A stretch of 64,000 nucleotides of DNA from Smithella sp. (lineage in GTDB: Bacteria; Desulfobacterota; Syntrophia; Syntrophales; Smithellaceae), in the NCBI GenBank assembly GCA_035524255.1, contig DATKPG010000023.1:19459-83458 (forward strand). Direction: 5' to 3'. The position numbers and the translations under genes were made by a program. The notes under the pieces are model-generated. The model saw nothing but the letters and a program-made list of their open reading frames with translations, was not told the origin of the DNA and made no database searches. Shown here piece by piece: positions 29,072 through 40,518 of this stretch. The stretch's first letter is position 1. Each line of letters begins with the position of its first letter.

Positions 29072-30010
29072 TTAGTTTGTCTTATCTAAACCCTCGCGAA
29101 ATTTTAAATAATCTTCGGCAGACTGCCGAGGCGCTTCAAGCATCGGCAAATGCCCCAGACCTTTCATCATAATGACCTTGGAGGCCGGCATTAATTTGTG
29201 CAATATATCGGCCGCGGCAGGACTAAGAACTCGATCTTTATCGCCCCAGACAATTAAAGTGGGTGTGGTAAGACCGGTCACATATTTTTCAGCTGAATCG
29301 GAGGATAAATCTTTCATGATGCGTTTCTCCAAATCATAATTGCGAATACGTTCCTGTGCCATGACATTCAGCATAGGCCGCGGGATAAATGGAGGATCAG
29401 CCATAACAAACGCGTATATTTTGGCAAACTCATCTTCGTTTCTGGCCATGAGAGGGTTTTCTCCGGTTTTCGTGAACATCTCCTGGAATTCGCTTTTTGG
29501 CGCGCTCCATATTCCTCCCGGATCAATCAGCCATAAACTCTTGACTTCATCCGGGTAAAAGAAAGCATACATCATGCAAATCTGGCCGCCCATGGAGCTT
29601 CCGCCCAGGTGAACTTTGGTGATGCCCAGGGCCTGCGCTAAAGCCCTTATCCTGGCCGCCTGAGTGCTGGGTTTATAGTCGGCATCCTGGGGATGACTGG
29701 ATTCACCAAAGCCGATGTGGTCGGGGATGATCACCCTGTAGTGCGGTGTCAGAAATTTGGCTACCCGTGTAAAATTATCTTTATTGGCTCCGAACCCATG
29801 CAGCAATATAAGAGGTTCACCTTTCCCGCCTTCCAGGTAAACATAGTGAAGACCATTCGGAAGATTGATTTCCTTGCGGGTAAGCCCGGAGCGCTGACGT
29901 TCCATATCAATGGCCAGTGAAGTTGCCTTTTGGGGAGCAAGATAAACAAATCCAATTCCTGCCAGGATACATATAATTATAAAAACAAGAACAGTCTTAA
30001 CTATACGCAT
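29072..30010 (-). CDS. alpha/beta-fold hydrolase, membrane-anchored or secreted
   Basis: N-terminal hydrophobic segment, an HGFG oxyanion region (LLHGFGANKD), the nucleophile elbow GGSSMGG and a C-terminal GHLP His motif. Confidence 0.8.
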   Translation of the reverse strand: MRIVKTVLVFIIICILAGIGFVYLAPQKATSLAIDMERQRSGLTRKEINLPNGLHYVYLEGGKGEPLILLHGFGANKDNFTRVAKFLTPHYRVIIPDHIGFGESSHPQDADYKPSTQAARIRALAQALGITKVHLGGSSMGGQICMMYAFFYPDEVKSLWLIDPGGIWSAPKSEFQEMFTKTGENPLMARNEDEFAKIYAFVMADPPFIPRPMLNVMAQERIRNYDLEKRIMKDLSSDSAEKYVTGLTTPTLIVWGDKDRVLSPAAADILHKLMPASKVIMMKGLGHLPMLEAPRQSAEDYLKFREGLDKTN

Positions 30011-30385
30011 TTTACCCTCCTTTTTTATAAAGTTGTCTATTCATATTATTTTATGAGTATATCAATTATTAATAAAAAGTTAAAATTTTTTTATAATACT
30101 TTATTGCCGGTTATAAACAATAAATGACACGTGCCGCCCCTCTCACTCTTCATCATCATAGTCAAATTTAGGAAACGGCGAATCCTTTTAACCGGTCATG
30201 TTTTTTTACCGGAAACGTACTATCTCTTTTCGGCCTTTGTGCGGGGCCATGTTTCTTCTCGCGCAGAAGCCGGGAAATATCTTTTTGTCTTCTGGTTGTT
30301 TTTTGTCCGGACGAAGTTTGCTCCTTTTGAGTCCTTATATATGCCTCTTCCGGCGGATCAGTAAAAACCTGCTTTAGTAGCGCTT

Positions 30386-31801
30386 TTACTCACCGCCGCC
30401 CAGCGCCATATAGAGCGTAACTTGATTGACAAGCCTGGTAAGGTGAAGAACGATTAACCCCTGTTGCGCGCCATAGAGCGAACGTTGGGCATCAAGAACG
30501 CTTAGATAACTGTCAATCCCTTTGGTATAACGAGCGTCGGAGAGCCGATAGGTTTGGGCGACAGCCTCAACCAGTGATTGTTGTGCCGCAATCTGTTGGT
30601 TTATTGTGCCCTTCACGGCCAAAGCGTCGGATACTTCCCGAAAAGCCGTCTGGATTGCTTTCTCGTACTGAGCCACGGATACTTCCTTTTCGACTTTTGT
30701 GACATCATAGGCCGACCACGTGCGGGCGTCAAAAATCGGCATAATGACCTGCGGCGCAAAACTCCAGGTGCCCTGGCCGGCCTTAAATAGTCCCGATAGA
30801 TCGGCGCTGGTGGTTCCGATAGCAGTCGTCAGGGAAATATTGGGAAAGAAAGCGGCACGGGCGGCGCCAATATTGGCGTTGGCCGCCTTAAGCTGATGTT
30901 CCGCCGCCAGGATGTCCGGACGGCGCAGGAGCACTTCGGATGATAGTCCCGCAGAAATGTCTTTTGGCGGACTGATACTGTTTAGATCCGAGGGCAGCAA
31001 CTCCGGTGGCAGCGTAGAACCCATAAGAAGACTCAAAGCATTTTCATCCTGCGCGGTCAATTGCGTGTAGCGTGCGATATCCACTTTGGCTGCCTCCACC
31101 TGGCTTTGCGCCTGTCGAAGGTCCAACTCGGACGCTATCCCCACTTCATAACGTTTCCGGATTAATTTGTAAGAAGTCTCTTGTGTCTCCAAAGTTGAAG
31201 CTGCCAGTATGAGATTGTCTCTGTCCGCAGCCAGGGAAAGATACGCCTGGGCCACCGATGACACTAGCGAGATTTGCGCGCTGCGGCGGGCATCCTCCGT
31301 GGCCAGATACTGCTCCAGCGCTTGTTCTTTCAGACTGCGGATGCGGCCGAAAAAATCAATTTCCCAGGAACTGATGCCGAGATTGACGCTGTATTGTTGG
31401 GAGACCATAGAATATCCGGTGGTCGATAGATCCGCGGGGAAAAGTTCTTTGCTTACACTTCCTACAGCGCTGACCGCAGGCAAAAGTTCGGCTCGCGCAA
31501 TGCCGTAAAACGCCCGCGCCCTTTCAACATTCAGGGCCGCAACCCGCAGATCGCGGTTGTTATGCAGCGCCGTCTCAATAACTTTCTGCAGCCTCTCATC
31601 GGTGAAGAAGTTCCGCCAAGGGATATCCTGTACTGCAGGCGCAGATGCGGCGGTTTTCGTTTCGCTGTAAGCGCCGGTGGGCCATTGCGCAGGAACCGGC
31701 GGGGCTGGTTTTATGTATTTAGGGGCCAGCGTGCAGCCCGATATGGCAATAACCGCAAGAAAAGCAACGGAAGTGCCAAAGGCATTTTTAAATATTCCCA
31801 T
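30386..31801 (-). CDS. RND efflux outer-membrane factor lipoprotein (NodT/OprM family)
   Basis: Lipobox AISGCT; two OEP repeats; immediately downstream of the RND pump gene. Confidence 0.88.
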   Translation of the reverse strand: MGIFKNAFGTSVAFLAVIAISGCTLAPKYIKPAPPVPAQWPTGAYSETKTAASAPAVQDIPWRNFFTDERLQKVIETALHNNRDLRVAALNVERARAFYGIARAELLPAVSAVGSVSKELFPADLSTTGYSMVSQQYSVNLGISSWEIDFFGRIRSLKEQALEQYLATEDARRSAQISLVSSVAQAYLSLAADRDNLILAASTLETQETSYKLIRKRYEVGIASELDLRQAQSQVEAAKVDIARYTQLTAQDENALSLLMGSTLPPELLPSDLNSISPPKDISAGLSSEVLLRRPDILAAEHQLKAANANIGAARAAFFPNISLTTAIGTTSADLSGLFKAGQGTWSFAPQVIMPIFDARTWSAYDVTKVEKEVSVAQYEKAIQTAFREVSDALAVKGTINQQIAAQQSLVEAVAQTYRLSDARYTKGIDSYLSVLDAQRSLYGAQQGLIVLHLTRLVNQVTLYMALGGGE

Positions 31802-31802
31802 G

Positions 31803-34800
31803 TCAATTCACCTCTGGGGAGTTACTGGAAACGTCAGGTTTTATATGTGCCTGTTTTTTCTCAAACAGGCGGGAGACCAGGACAAAGAAAAACGGAATAA
31901 AGATCAGATCGATAAAAGTCGCCGAGAGCAGCCCGCCGTCTACGGCGGTGCCGATGGCATTCTGGGCTCCGGCTCCTGCCCCGCGAGTCAAGGTCAGCGG
32001 CAGCGTACCGAAGAAAAACGCCAGTGACGTCATGATGACCGGGCGAAGCCTAATCTTTATTGCCATCAGGGTAGATTCTACCAGTTCATGACCCTGGCGC
32101 ATCTGAGCTTTGATAAACTGAATGATTAGGATGGCGTTCTTGGTGGAAAGCCCCATCGTGGTGAGTAAACCGATTTGAAGATAGATATCGTTGGGCAACA
32201 CCCGTAACGTAACCGCAGTAATAGCCCCCACAAGTCCGAGCGGTATCATCAGCATATTGACAAAAGGGATGGTCCAGCTTTCATATAAAGCCGCCACACT
32301 TAGAAACACCACCAGCAGCGAGATGGCATAGAGTAACGGTGCTTGTGCGCCGGCATTCTTTTCTTCGTAAGAGAGGGCGGTCCACTCATAGCCGATCCCC
32401 ATCGGCAGCTGGGCTGCCATTTTTTCCATTTCGGCCATTGCCTCGCCCGTACTCACCTTAGGCGCCGCCTGCCCCACGATCTCCATGGAGGGAATACCGT
32501 TATACCGCTCCAGACGTGGTGAAGCATACTGCCAGTGGGCGGTAGCAAAAGCTGAAAGCGGTACCATGTCACCGGATTTGTTGCGAACATACCAACCATT
32601 TATATCCTCCGGAAGCATCCGGTATTTTGCATCGGACTGGAGATAGACCCTCTTGACCCTCCCGTTTTCGATGAAGTTGTTTACATAGGAACTACCCCAT
32701 GCGGTAGAAAGAACATCGTTGACATCCGCCACGGATACCCCCAGAGCGCCGGACCTTGCATCATCAATGTCCAGCTTGAACTCCGGGGCGTCATCCTGAC
32801 CGTTTGGGCGCACCGCGATCAATTTCTGGTTTTGCCAGGCAAGGCCTAACAACTGGTTGCGAGCTTCCATCAGCTTGGCGTGACCAAGTCCGCCACGATC
32901 CTGAAGCATAAAGTCAAAGCCGCTGGCCTGTCCCAGTTCCATTACCGCAGGCGGTGAAATGGCAAAAACCATGCCGTCCTTGATTTTGGAGAATCCGATC
33001 ATTGCCCGTGCCGCAATCGCCGGCGACCTCATTGCAGCAGGCTGGCGAACCTTCCAGTCCTTAAGCCTGACAAAGGCAAGTCCCATGTTCTGACCACGTC
33101 CGGCAAAATTTACACCGGCCACCGTGAGCACTTCTTCCACCGTATTTTGTTCATTTTGTTTGAAATACTGATCAACCTGTTTAAGGACATTGAGAGTCCT
33201 CTCCATTGTAGCTCCGGCCGGCAACTGGATCATACAGTACATGAGGCCCTGATCCTCATCAGGCAGAAAGGATGTTGGCAGACGCAGGAAGAGGAAAATC
33301 ATGCACGCAATGATTGCGCCGTAAATAGTCAGATAGCGCACCGGTTTGCCGAAGGAACGACCGACGATCCCTTCATACGTTTTCCTGCAGAAGTCGAACC
33401 CGCGGTTGAATACCCGGAAGAACCCCCTAAACCAGCCGGATTCACCTGCGGCATGCCCTTTCGCTACCGGCTTGAGCAGGGTGGCGCAGAGTGCCGGGGT
33501 AAGGGTCATCGCAAGAATTACTGAAAGAATCATAGCGGAGACTATGGTGACAGAGAACTGACGATAGATGACGCCGGTGGAACCGCCGAAAAAAGCCATA
33601 GGCACAAAAACTGCCGACAATACGGTGACAATGCCCCACAATGCACTGGTGATCTGCCCCATGGACTTGATGGTCGCCTCCCTGGGGGACAACCCTTCTT
33701 CACTCATGATTCGTTCCACGTTCTCGACGACGACGATGGCGTCGTCAACCAGAAGGCCGATGACGATGACCAGGGCGAACATGGTCAGGGTATTGATGGA
33801 AAAACCGCTGAACGCCAAAACCCCGAAGGTGCCCAGCAGAACCACCGGTACCGCAATAGTGGGGATCAACGTTGCCCTGACATTCTGCAGAAAGATGAAC
33901 ATGATGATAAAGACCATAAGTATCGCCTCGAACAAGGTCTTGACCACCTCTTCGATAGAGATCTTTACAAAAGGGGTCGTGTCAAAGGGATAAACGACTT
34001 TAACTCCAGGCGGAAAGTATCTGGACAGTTCCGTCATCTTTGCCTTAATCCTGCTAACGGTTTCCAGCGCGTTGGCGCCGGCCGCCATCCTGATGGCCAT
34101 GCCACCAACCGGTTGCCCGTTGTCGAAAGATTGGATTTCGTAGTTTTCGGTACCGATCTTGCAATCTGCCACGTCTTTGAGTTTGACAGTGGAGCCGTCA
34201 CTGTTGGTGCGCAGGATGATGGCATTAAACTGCTCGACCGTCTTGAGCAGGGTGCGGGCGGTAATGGTGGCGTTCAACTGTTGTCCGGCGAGCGCGGGAT
34301 TGCCGCCGAACTGACCTGCCGATACCTGAGCATTTTGAGCCAGCAGTGCGGCCGTTACATCACCCGAGGTCAAGTGGAAGTTACTCAGCTTGTTCGGGTT
34401 CAACCAGATCCGCATGGCGTTCTGGGCGCCGAAAACCTGCAGTTCACCCACCCCTTCCAACCGACTGACGATATCCTGGACGTTGGACACCAGATAATCG
34501 GTCAGGGCGTTGCGGTCCATAGATCCATCTTTGGAGACAAGCCCAACCAGTATCAGATAATTCTTGGTGGACTTGACCACAGAAATCCCTGACGTCTGCA
34601 CGATTTGGGGTAATAGCGGCGTAGCCAGCTGCAGCTTGTTCTGTACCTGCACCTGCGCGATGTTCGGGTCGGTGCCGGCTTTGAAGGTCAGGTTGATGGC
34701 TACTGCCCCCGATGAATCACTGGTGGAGGACATATAGATCAGGTTGTCGATGCCATTCAGTTTCTGCTCGACAATCTGGGTGACCGTATCCTGTACCGTC

Positions 34801-34964
34801 TGGGCGGATGCTCCCGGATACAAGGCGTTTATGGTTATCTGTGGCGGAGCGATAGGCGGATATTGGGAGACCGGCAGCGCTTTAATCGCCAAAAGACCGG
34901 ACAGCATGATCATGATGGCGATCACCCAGGCAAAGATCGGTCTATTTATGAAAAATTTTGGCAT
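31803..34964 (-). CDS. RND multidrug efflux permease (HAE1, AcrB/MexB-like)
   Basis: 1053 aa; [18 protein letters not shown]-terminus; 12-TM architecture with two large periplasmic loops; [13 protein letters not shown] motif. Confidence 0.95.
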   Translation of the reverse strand: MPKFFINRPIFAWVIAIMIMLSGLLAIKALPVSQYPPIAPPQITINALYPGASAQTVQDTVTQIVEQKLNGIDNLIYMSSTSDSSGAVAINLTFKAGTDPNIAQVQVQNKLQLATPLLPQIVQTSGISVVKSTKNYLILVGLVSKDGSMDRNALTDYLVSNVQDIVSRLEGVGELQVFGAQNAMRIWLNPNKLSNFHLTSGDVTAALLAQNAQVSAGQFGGNPALAGQQLNATITARTLLKTVEQFNAIILRTNSDGSTVKLKDVADCKIGTENYEIQSFDNGQPVGGMAIRMAAGANALETVSRIKAKMTELSRYFPPGVKVVYPFDTTPFVKISIEEVVKTLFEAILMVFIIMFIFLQNVRATLIPTIAVPVVLLGTFGVLAFSGFSINTLTMFALVIVIGLLVDDAIVVVENVERIMSEEGLSPREATIKSMGQITSALWGIVTVLSAVFVPMAFFGGSTGVIYRQFSVTIVSAMILSVILAMTLTPALCATLLKPVAKGHAAGESGWFRGFFRVFNRGFDFCRKTYEGIVGRSFGKPVRYLTIYGAIIACMIFLFLRLPTSFLPDEDQGLMYCMIQLPAGATMERTLNVLKQVDQYFKQNEQNTVEEVLTVAGVNFAGRGQNMGLAFVRLKDWKVRQPAAMRSPAIAARAMIGFSKIKDGMVFAISPPAVMELGQASGFDFMLQDRGGLGHAKLMEARNQLLGLAWQNQKLIAVRPNGQDDAPEFKLDIDDARSGALGVSVADVNDVLSTAWGSSYVNNFIENGRVKRVYLQSDAKYRMLPEDINGWYVRNKSGDMVPLSAFATAHWQYASPRLERYNGIPSMEIVGQAAPKVSTGEAMAEMEKMAAQLPMGIGYEWTALSYEEKNAGAQAPLLYAISLLVVFLSVAALYESWTIPFVNMLMIPLGLVGAITAVTLRVLPNDIYLQIGLLTTMGLSTKNAILIIQFIKAQMRQGHELVESTLMAIKIRLRPVIMTSLAFFFGTLPLTLTRGAGAGAQNAIGTAVDGGLLSATFIDLIFIPFFFVLVSRLFEKKQAHIKPDVSSNSPEVN

Positions 34965-34976
34965 ACCGCAGCTCCT

Positions 34977-36179
34977 CTATTTTTTTGCTGATGGTGCTGC
35001 TGCGGGTGCCGGAGCGACAGCGGAAGGCACTGCGGGTACGCCATTGAACGGCACGGCTTTGACCGGCGATCCAGGACGCGCCTTCTGAATCCCTTCCAGG
35101 ATAACGCGATCTCCGGCTTTTAACCCTTCACTGACCAGCCAACTATCACCAACTGTCCGGACAACGTTGATGATCCTCGGTTCAACCTTCTCCTGGGCAC
35201 CAACAACCATGACCATGGCCTCCCCTTTCGGATTTCGGGTAACTCCACGCTGCGGGACAGTGATTGCCTGCTCGCTGATCCCTTCAATCAATATGGCGCG
35301 CACGAACATCCCGGGAAGCAGCAATTTTTGAGGATTGGGGAAAACAGCCCGCAGAGTAACGGAGCCGGTACTCTGATCCACCGTAACGTCAGAAAATTTG
35401 AGTGTCCCCATCAAAGGATATAGTGAGCCGTCTTCCATAAGCAGCTTGATCGGTGCCTGCGCAGAGTCGCCTTTTTTTAGTAATCCTTTGGCAAGATACT
35501 GCTTCAGCTTGAGCAGGTCAGATGTTGATTGAGTCACATCCACATACATGGTGTCAAGCTGCTGGATAGTGGCCAATGCTGCCGACTGGCTGGCGATTAC
35601 CAGCGCCCCATCGGTCACGGCAGAGCGGCCTATTCGCCCTGAAATTGGAGCTGTTACCCTGGTGTAGGCCAAATTGATTCTGGCGCTTTCCACTGCCGCC
35701 TTGGCTGATGCCACATCAGCCTCGGCTTGTTTAAACGTTGCATGAGCATCATCATAATCCTGCTGGCTGACCGCCTTGATTTTCACCAGATCACTATAGC
35801 GTTCCTCTTTAAGCCGTACCGTCACCAGGTTGGCCTCGGCCCTTGCTTGAGCGGCCTTGGCGCTATCAAAGGCAGCCTGATAGACTGCCGGATCAATTTG
35901 ATACAACAACTGACCGGCTTTAACATCGCTCCCTTCCGTAAAAACTCGCTTCTGAATGATCCCGTTAACCTGAGGACGCACTTCAGCTATTAAATTGGCG
36001 GATGTTCGGCCTTCCAATTCGGTCGTGATAACCACTTGTTTCGGTTGTATGGTTACAACTGAAACTTCGGGAGTAATGTTTGGGGGGGCTGTGGTCTTCT
36101 TTCCGCAACCTCCCAGGATCAAGCCCGCAGCGAGAACAATTGCAGCAGCCGTCAGCGCGGCCCCTTTATTTTTCTTCAT
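34977..36179 (-). CDS. RND efflux periplasmic adaptor (AcrA/MexA-like MFP)
   Basis: Lipobox LGGCG; the lipoyl, alpha-hairpin and beta-barrel pattern (YTRVTAPISGRIG); Ala/Pro-rich C-terminus. Confidence 0.92.
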   Translation of the reverse strand: MKKNKGAALTAAAIVLAAGLILGGCGKKTTAPPNITPEVSVVTIQPKQVVITTELEGRTSANLIAEVRPQVNGIIQKRVFTEGSDVKAGQLLYQIDPAVYQAAFDSAKAAQARAEANLVTVRLKEERYSDLVKIKAVSQQDYDDAHATFKQAEADVASAKAAVESARINLAYTRVTAPISGRIGRSAVTDGALVIASQSAALATIQQLDTMYVDVTQSTSDLLKLKQYLAKGLLKKGDSAQAPIKLLMEDGSLYPLMGTLKFSDVTVDQSTGSVTLRAVFPNPQKLLLPGMFVRAILIEGISEQAITVPQRGVTRNPKGEAMVMVVGAQEKVEPRIINVVRTVGDSWLVSEGLKAGDRVILEGIQKARPGSPVKAVPFNGVPAVPSAVAPAPAAAPSAKK

Positions 36180-36321
36180 TCGACACCCCTGTTAGTTTAT
36201 GAATAGTCGTATCAATGTTCGCATCCGTATCTTGTTATTTTGCGTACCGGTAATTACAGGATATCAGACATGGCGCTCAATTTTTAAACAGGCCCAAATA
36301 CAAAATCAGCGAGCAGCGAAA

Positions 36322-37668
36322 TTATGGCCAGATAGTTCCCATAGCTCTTTGCAGCCTGGCGTAATTTACATTATAATCACCCAGAGCATTGGCGTATTCC
36401 GATTTTGCTTTTGTCAATAAAGTTTGAGCATCGAGAACCTCCGTTGAGGTAGCAACTCTTTCTTTATATCTTTCCTCGGAAATGCGGAAATTTTCTTCGG
36501 CTTGTTCAATGACTTTTTGCCAGACAATGATTTGACTTTCCGTTTCCTGTAATATCAGGTAAGCATTTTTTATTTCCAGCGTAATCTGGTCATTCAATTC
36601 TTTGGTCGCTTCCAGCGCCTGATTCTCTTTAGCTTTACTGGAATCGACTCTGAATTTGGTCTTGCCCCATTCCCAAAAATTCCAACTGGCTACAGCCATC
36701 ACGTACCAGGTCTCCGCGTTTTGGAAATCACTGCCGGAAACAGAAGCCGTATCGCCATACCTGCTGTAATTGCCAACGAGGCTTAAAGTTGGGAAATAAT
36801 CACTTTTCGCCACCTTCACGACTTTGCCCGCCTGCTGAGCCCTGAGGGATGATATTTTGAGCTCCGGTCTTGTTTGCCTTGCGATATTCAAACATTCTTC
36901 AAAGGATTGTTTCGTTGGCTGATAATTTAAAATATCCACTACTTCCACCGGCGTGAATATCTTTCGCTTCAAAACAGTATTAAAACTGGACTTGGCCAGT
37001 TCCACCGCGTTTTGAGCCCTGATCAGGGCTTGCTTTCCATTGGCCAGCTCAACTTCGGCATGGAGCAAATCATTTTTGGGAATCATGCCAACTTTGAAAT
37101 AATCTTGAGCAACATCCCGATGCGCGGTGAGCATTTCTACCGACTGACGCGCCGCGTCCTGAATCCTCTGCGCCCGCAGGATATTGAAATAAGCAATTTT
37201 TACGTCCTGCACCACATCCTGATATTTAGCCGCTTCCTCCAAACGGGCGGCGTCTTCGCCAATCATGCTTGCCTGATAATTGGCTAAAATTCCGCCGCCT
37301 GCAAACAGAGGCTGTTTTGCTTCGATGACCCAGTTATAGTTGTTTTGTGTGCCCGTGGCCATTTCCAGGGGAGTTGTTATGATGGGTGGAAATCCATTCG
37401 GCAGCTTAAGAACGGGCTCCTCATTCAATCGATTGTAACTGTATGAAGTGCTGAACTTCGGCAAAAATCCGGTAAGCGCCTCCCTTTTTTGCGCGGCAGC
37501 GTCATATGAACCTTCTTTGGCAATGTTGATAACGTTGCTGTTTTTCAATGCGATGCTGATGCTTGCCTCCAGCGTCAAAGGCTCTTCGGCATAAACCGGC
37601 TGTGAATACGAAATTAAAGTGAAAACAGCCAAAAATAAAATAATCATTCCCCAATTTTTGTTAATCAT
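36322..37668 (-). CDS. TolC-family outer membrane protein
   Basis: Signal peptide; two OEP repeats; no lipobox; 448 aa. Confidence 0.85.
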   Translation of the reverse strand: MINKNWGMIILFLAVFTLISYSQPVYAEEPLTLEASISIALKNSNVINIAKEGSYDAAAQKREALTGFLPKFSTSYSYNRLNEEPVLKLPNGFPPIITTPLEMATGTQNNYNWVIEAKQPLFAGGGILANYQASMIGEDAARLEEAAKYQDVVQDVKIAYFNILRAQRIQDAARQSVEMLTAHRDVAQDYFKVGMIPKNDLLHAEVELANGKQALIRAQNAVELAKSSFNTVLKRKIFTPVEVVDILNYQPTKQSFEECLNIARQTRPELKISSLRAQQAGKVVKVAKSDYFPTLSLVGNYSRYGDTASVSGSDFQNAETWYVMAVASWNFWEWGKTKFRVDSSKAKENQALEATKELNDQITLEIKNAYLILQETESQIIVWQKVIEQAEENFRISEERYKERVATSTEVLDAQTLLTKAKSEYANALGDYNVNYARLQRAMGTIWP

Positions 37669-38290
37669 ATTTTTTCACTCCATTAAAAAAGATATTCAGG
37701 ATAAATCCCTTCTTTGAAGAAGGAAGTTCTTTGGTTGGCATTAACATCCATTCAATTGACGAAGCTCTAATCAAGTGAAACAATGACAGTGCCATATCAT
37801 GCGGTGGCAGTGCGCGTAGCAACCCGCTTTCTATACCTTCTTTTAATAAATTTTCAATAAAGGCTATATGTTTAAAATAATCATCAATAAGTTTCTCACG
37901 CAGAGATGTCATCGCTTCCGATAAAGCGGCAGTTTCTCCTTTTATGAATAACCGGCAGAAATCCATGTTGTTTTCAATGAACTTCAAATGAGCATCAACC
38001 AGCGTTTCAATTTTATTGATGATGCCTTCAGCTGCGTTCGTCTTTCTTCTGACTTCAGCGTACATCAAATCGAGTTTTTCGCTGATCATTGTTGTGTAAA
38101 GATTCTCTTTGCCCTCAAAAAACTGATAAAGTGAACCGATGGAGAAACCGGATGCGTTGGCAATTTCCGCCATGGTGACATTATGAAAGCCTCTGGTTGC
38201 GAATACTTTTTCCGCCTTATCCAGAATCTCAGCGCGGCGCATATTAAACTCGCGCTCTTTTCTTTTTGATTTTTCTATCAATCGGGCCAT
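37661..38290 (-). CDS. TetR/AcrR family transcriptional regulator
   Basis: N-terminal HTH RRAEILDKAEKVFATRGFHNVTMAEIANASGFSIGSLYQFF. Confidence 0.92.
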   Translation of the reverse strand: MARLIEKSKRKEREFNMRRAEILDKAEKVFATRGFHNVTMAEIANASGFSIGSLYQFFEGKENLYTTMISEKLDLMYAEVRRKTNAAEGIINKIETLVDAHLKFIENNMDFCRLFIKGETAALSEAMTSLREKLIDDYFKHIAFIENLLKEGIESGLLRALPPHDMALSLFHLIRASSIEWMLMPTKELPSSKKGFILNIFFNGVKKYD

Positions 38291-38314
38291 CGTTATTTTG
38301 AACTGTCATTTAAT

Positions 38315-38336
38315 TTTTTGAACGGAGATTCAAAAA
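38315..38336. promoter_or_regulatory. palindromic operator candidate for the TetR regulator
   Basis: tttttgaa cggaga ttcaaaaa: an 8-bp perfect inverted repeat with a 6-nt spacer, 25 nt upstream of the tetR start. A related half-site, attttgaac, lies at 38295-38303. Confidence 0.5.
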
Positions 38337-38683
38337 TATAGAGTATTTGATATTTGTCAAGAAAAATATGTACCTAAGGTATTTATTTTTAAGTGCCTGA
38401 GACATATTTGTTTGTACTTAAAGCCACATCGCATTACTTTGATTTGAATCAAGCCCCCATTCAATATTTCATTCTATTCCTTTAAAAAATTTAACGTTTC
38501 TTTCAACATTAAAGAATTATATGCGCACTTTTATGATCTCGCGGAAAAAAAGTTAAATTGTTTTATCATATAATATCAAGTTCTTATAAATTTTATGATC
38601 TATCGGAACAATTTGGCACGCTTCTTTCATTACAAAAAGACATAAAAGTTTTTCAAGATGAACGTAAAGGAGAGACAAAAGCT

Positions 38684-38959
38684 ATGAAAAAAATAATGCA
38701 AACGACACTTTTAACGGCTTTCGTAATTTTGGTAACAGCTTCTTTCAGTTATGCCCAGTTTAGCGTTACCGGGAATGATAATTTTCCTTTCTTTCACCTG
38801 GGCTGTTTAATGATTGGCGGTTTAATTATCGTCTCTTTGAAAAGAAAATATAACAAACTATATATGAGCGAAGCGATAGGATCATTTGCTCTTTATACTG
38901 TTCTGGTGTCCATTTTTACAACACCAGTGGTTGACGCTCTCAAAAATTTAATTAATTAA
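38684..38959 (+). CDS. small membrane protein of unknown function
   Basis: ATG 38684 with an AAGGAGAG RBS. It has a signal-like MKKIMQTTLLTAFVILVTASFSYA and two further hydrophobic segments. Confidence 0.45.
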   Translation: MKKIMQTTLLTAFVILVTASFSYAQFSVTGNDNFPFFHLGCLMIGGLIIVSLKRKYNKLYMSEAIGSFALYTVLVSIFTTPVVDALKNLIN

Positions 38960-39002
38960 CCCCCTTTAACCCCTTTTCCCCTTCTCCGAGCTACAACCTT
39001 CG

Positions 39003-39028
39003 GAACCCCGTACTCTCCTACGGGGTTC
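39003..39028. terminator. bidirectional rho-independent terminator between convergent genes
   Basis: Perfect 10-bp stem gaaccccgta / tacggggttc with loop ctctcc, followed by ttctt. Confidence 0.65.
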
Positions 39029-39067
39029 TTCTTATAATACGTAGTGTAAATTCAATGGAAATTTTAC

Positions 39068-39598
39068 CTAAATGAGTTCATTTAAACGAACAGATACTAA
39101 ATGGGCCAGCTTCTGTAAAAGATTGGTTTGCATATCCGGTGTGTAACGATTAAGGCGGGCATCGCCATTATTAAAGCTCCCAACAATTTCGTTATTCATT
39201 TTAAATGGCACTACAGCCAGTGATTTGACAAAATATTTTCTATTGGGAGGCAGCAATTTATAATACTGATTTATATTCTTATTCACTAAAACCGGTTTCA
39301 AACCGGAAAGGATTATTTCGTTAAATACTCCCGGCTTTATTACATTCAGCCTGTCTTTTAAAATATTCGAAGACTTTATTGCCTCTATGACAGGCGTGGC
39401 TGTGGGCGTATTGGTCAAGGTGAGCCAGACAAATGGAACCTGGAATTCCTTTTCGATTCCCGCGAAAAGAATTTCAAAAAGTTCGGCAATATTTTTGGCA
39501 TCCGTCAATTCTTTTTCGATATTTTCAAAACCGGCGGCAATTTTCGTGTTGATGCTTTCAACGTCTTCTTTATGACTCATTTCTTTCACCTTTACCAC
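39068..39598 (-). CDS. DUF484-like (GAF-fold) protein
   Basis: C-terminal SLAVVPFKMNNEIVGSFNNGDARLNRYTPDMQTNLLQKLAHLVSVRL fits the DUF484/YigA pattern. Confidence 0.5.
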   Translation of the reverse strand: MVKVKEMSHKEDVESINTKIAAGFENIEKELTDAKNIAELFEILFAGIEKEFQVPFVWLTLTNTPTATPVIEAIKSSNILKDRLNVIKPGVFNEIILSGLKPVLVNKNINQYYKLLPPNRKYFVKSLAVVPFKMNNEIVGSFNNGDARLNRYTPDMQTNLLQKLAHLVSVRLNELI

Positions 39599-40401
39599 TG
39601 CGCGTAAACGATGAGATGGTCGGATGGTTTTGGCGCAAGTCTTGATGCTAAATCAAACGTGCAGCTTTTGGATTTAGCGGCAAGTGATTTTGTCGCCAGC
39701 ATATGATCAACCCGCCAGCCCAGTTTTCGATTCACTGAATCCTTGATGCGATAATCAAAAAAAGTATATTGACCGGCGACACCCGGATGATGCTTGCGAA
39801 ATATATCGGTAAAGCCCCATGACTTGGCATCTTCATAGGCCTTCCAGACTTCCGGATTAAAACAAACGTGTCCCAGTATTCTTTTCGGATCGTGAACATC
39901 TATGTTCTCCGGCGCTACGTTAAGATCACCGCACCAGATTATCTCACTCTCCGGTTGAAAATGCTTCCGCAGATATTTCTTAAAACGTGCGAACCATTCC
40001 AGTTTGTATGCGAACTGCGGACTTTCTATTTCCTGACCCTGCGGAACATAGGTATTAACAACCGTCAGGTCGTTATATGCCGCAATGATCAAACGATCGG
40101 AATCGGCAGGTTCATTGTCAAAACCGAATGTTACTTTTTGCGGTTTGAGTCTTGAGGCTATTGCTACGCCTTTGTACTGTTTGTCGCCTTTAAAAACTAC
40201 ATGATAACCTAAAGCTTCAAATTCGGCCGCGGGAAAGTTTAAGTCGGCGACCTTTGTTTCCTGCATACAGAAATAATCGGGACTGTTTTCCTTCAGCCAG
40301 GGCAACACAATATGCATGCGGGAACGGATGGAATTTACATTGTAAGTAGCGATCTTCAAATTAAGCGCCGCCTTTCGTAAATATCTCATAACTAATATCA
40401 C
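39592..40401 (-). CDS. xthA: exodeoxyribonuclease III (AP endonuclease)
   Basis: IATYNVNSIRSR, CMQETK, WCGDLNVAP, RVDHML and SDHLIV motifs of the EEP/Xth family. Confidence 0.92.
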   Translation of the reverse strand: MILVMRYLRKAALNLKIATYNVNSIRSRMHIVLPWLKENSPDYFCMQETKVADLNFPAAEFEALGYHVVFKGDKQYKGVAIASRLKPQKVTFGFDNEPADSDRLIIAAYNDLTVVNTYVPQGQEIESPQFAYKLEWFARFKKYLRKHFQPESEIIWCGDLNVAPENIDVHDPKRILGHVCFNPEVWKAYEDAKSWGFTDIFRKHHPGVAGQYTFFDYRIKDSVNRKLGWRVDHMLATKSLAAKSKSCTFDLASRLAPKPSDHLIVYAQW

Positions 40402-40451
40402 GACCGTGGATTGCGCTCAAGTTTTTTTGCGGCGATTCTCTAATAATAATA

Positions 40452-40480
40452 TTGACAGCATCAAAACCTTACCTTATAAA
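40452..40480 (+). promoter_or_regulatory. sigma70-type promoter upstream of the liv-type ABC operon
   Basis: TTGACA (40452-40457), a 17-nt spacer, then TATAAA (40475-40480). Confidence 0.45.
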
Positions 40481-40518
40481 CGGAGATCAAAATATCGAAG
40501 AAAAACAGGAGAGATTCC

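Noticed and set aside
30131-30364. 77-aa plus-strand ORF and a very basic reverse-frame peptide in the gap downstream of the OMF gene.
   Set aside because: There is no RBS and no recognisable motif, the composition is hydrophobic and odd, and the reverse frames lack a start codon. I treat it as non-coding spacer.
33147-34592. Multiple 65-159-aa ORFs on both strands within the RND pump gene.
   Set aside because: They are embedded in a 1053-aa AcrB-like ORF and have an Arg/Pro/Gly-rich composition typical of alternative frames of GC-richer DNA.
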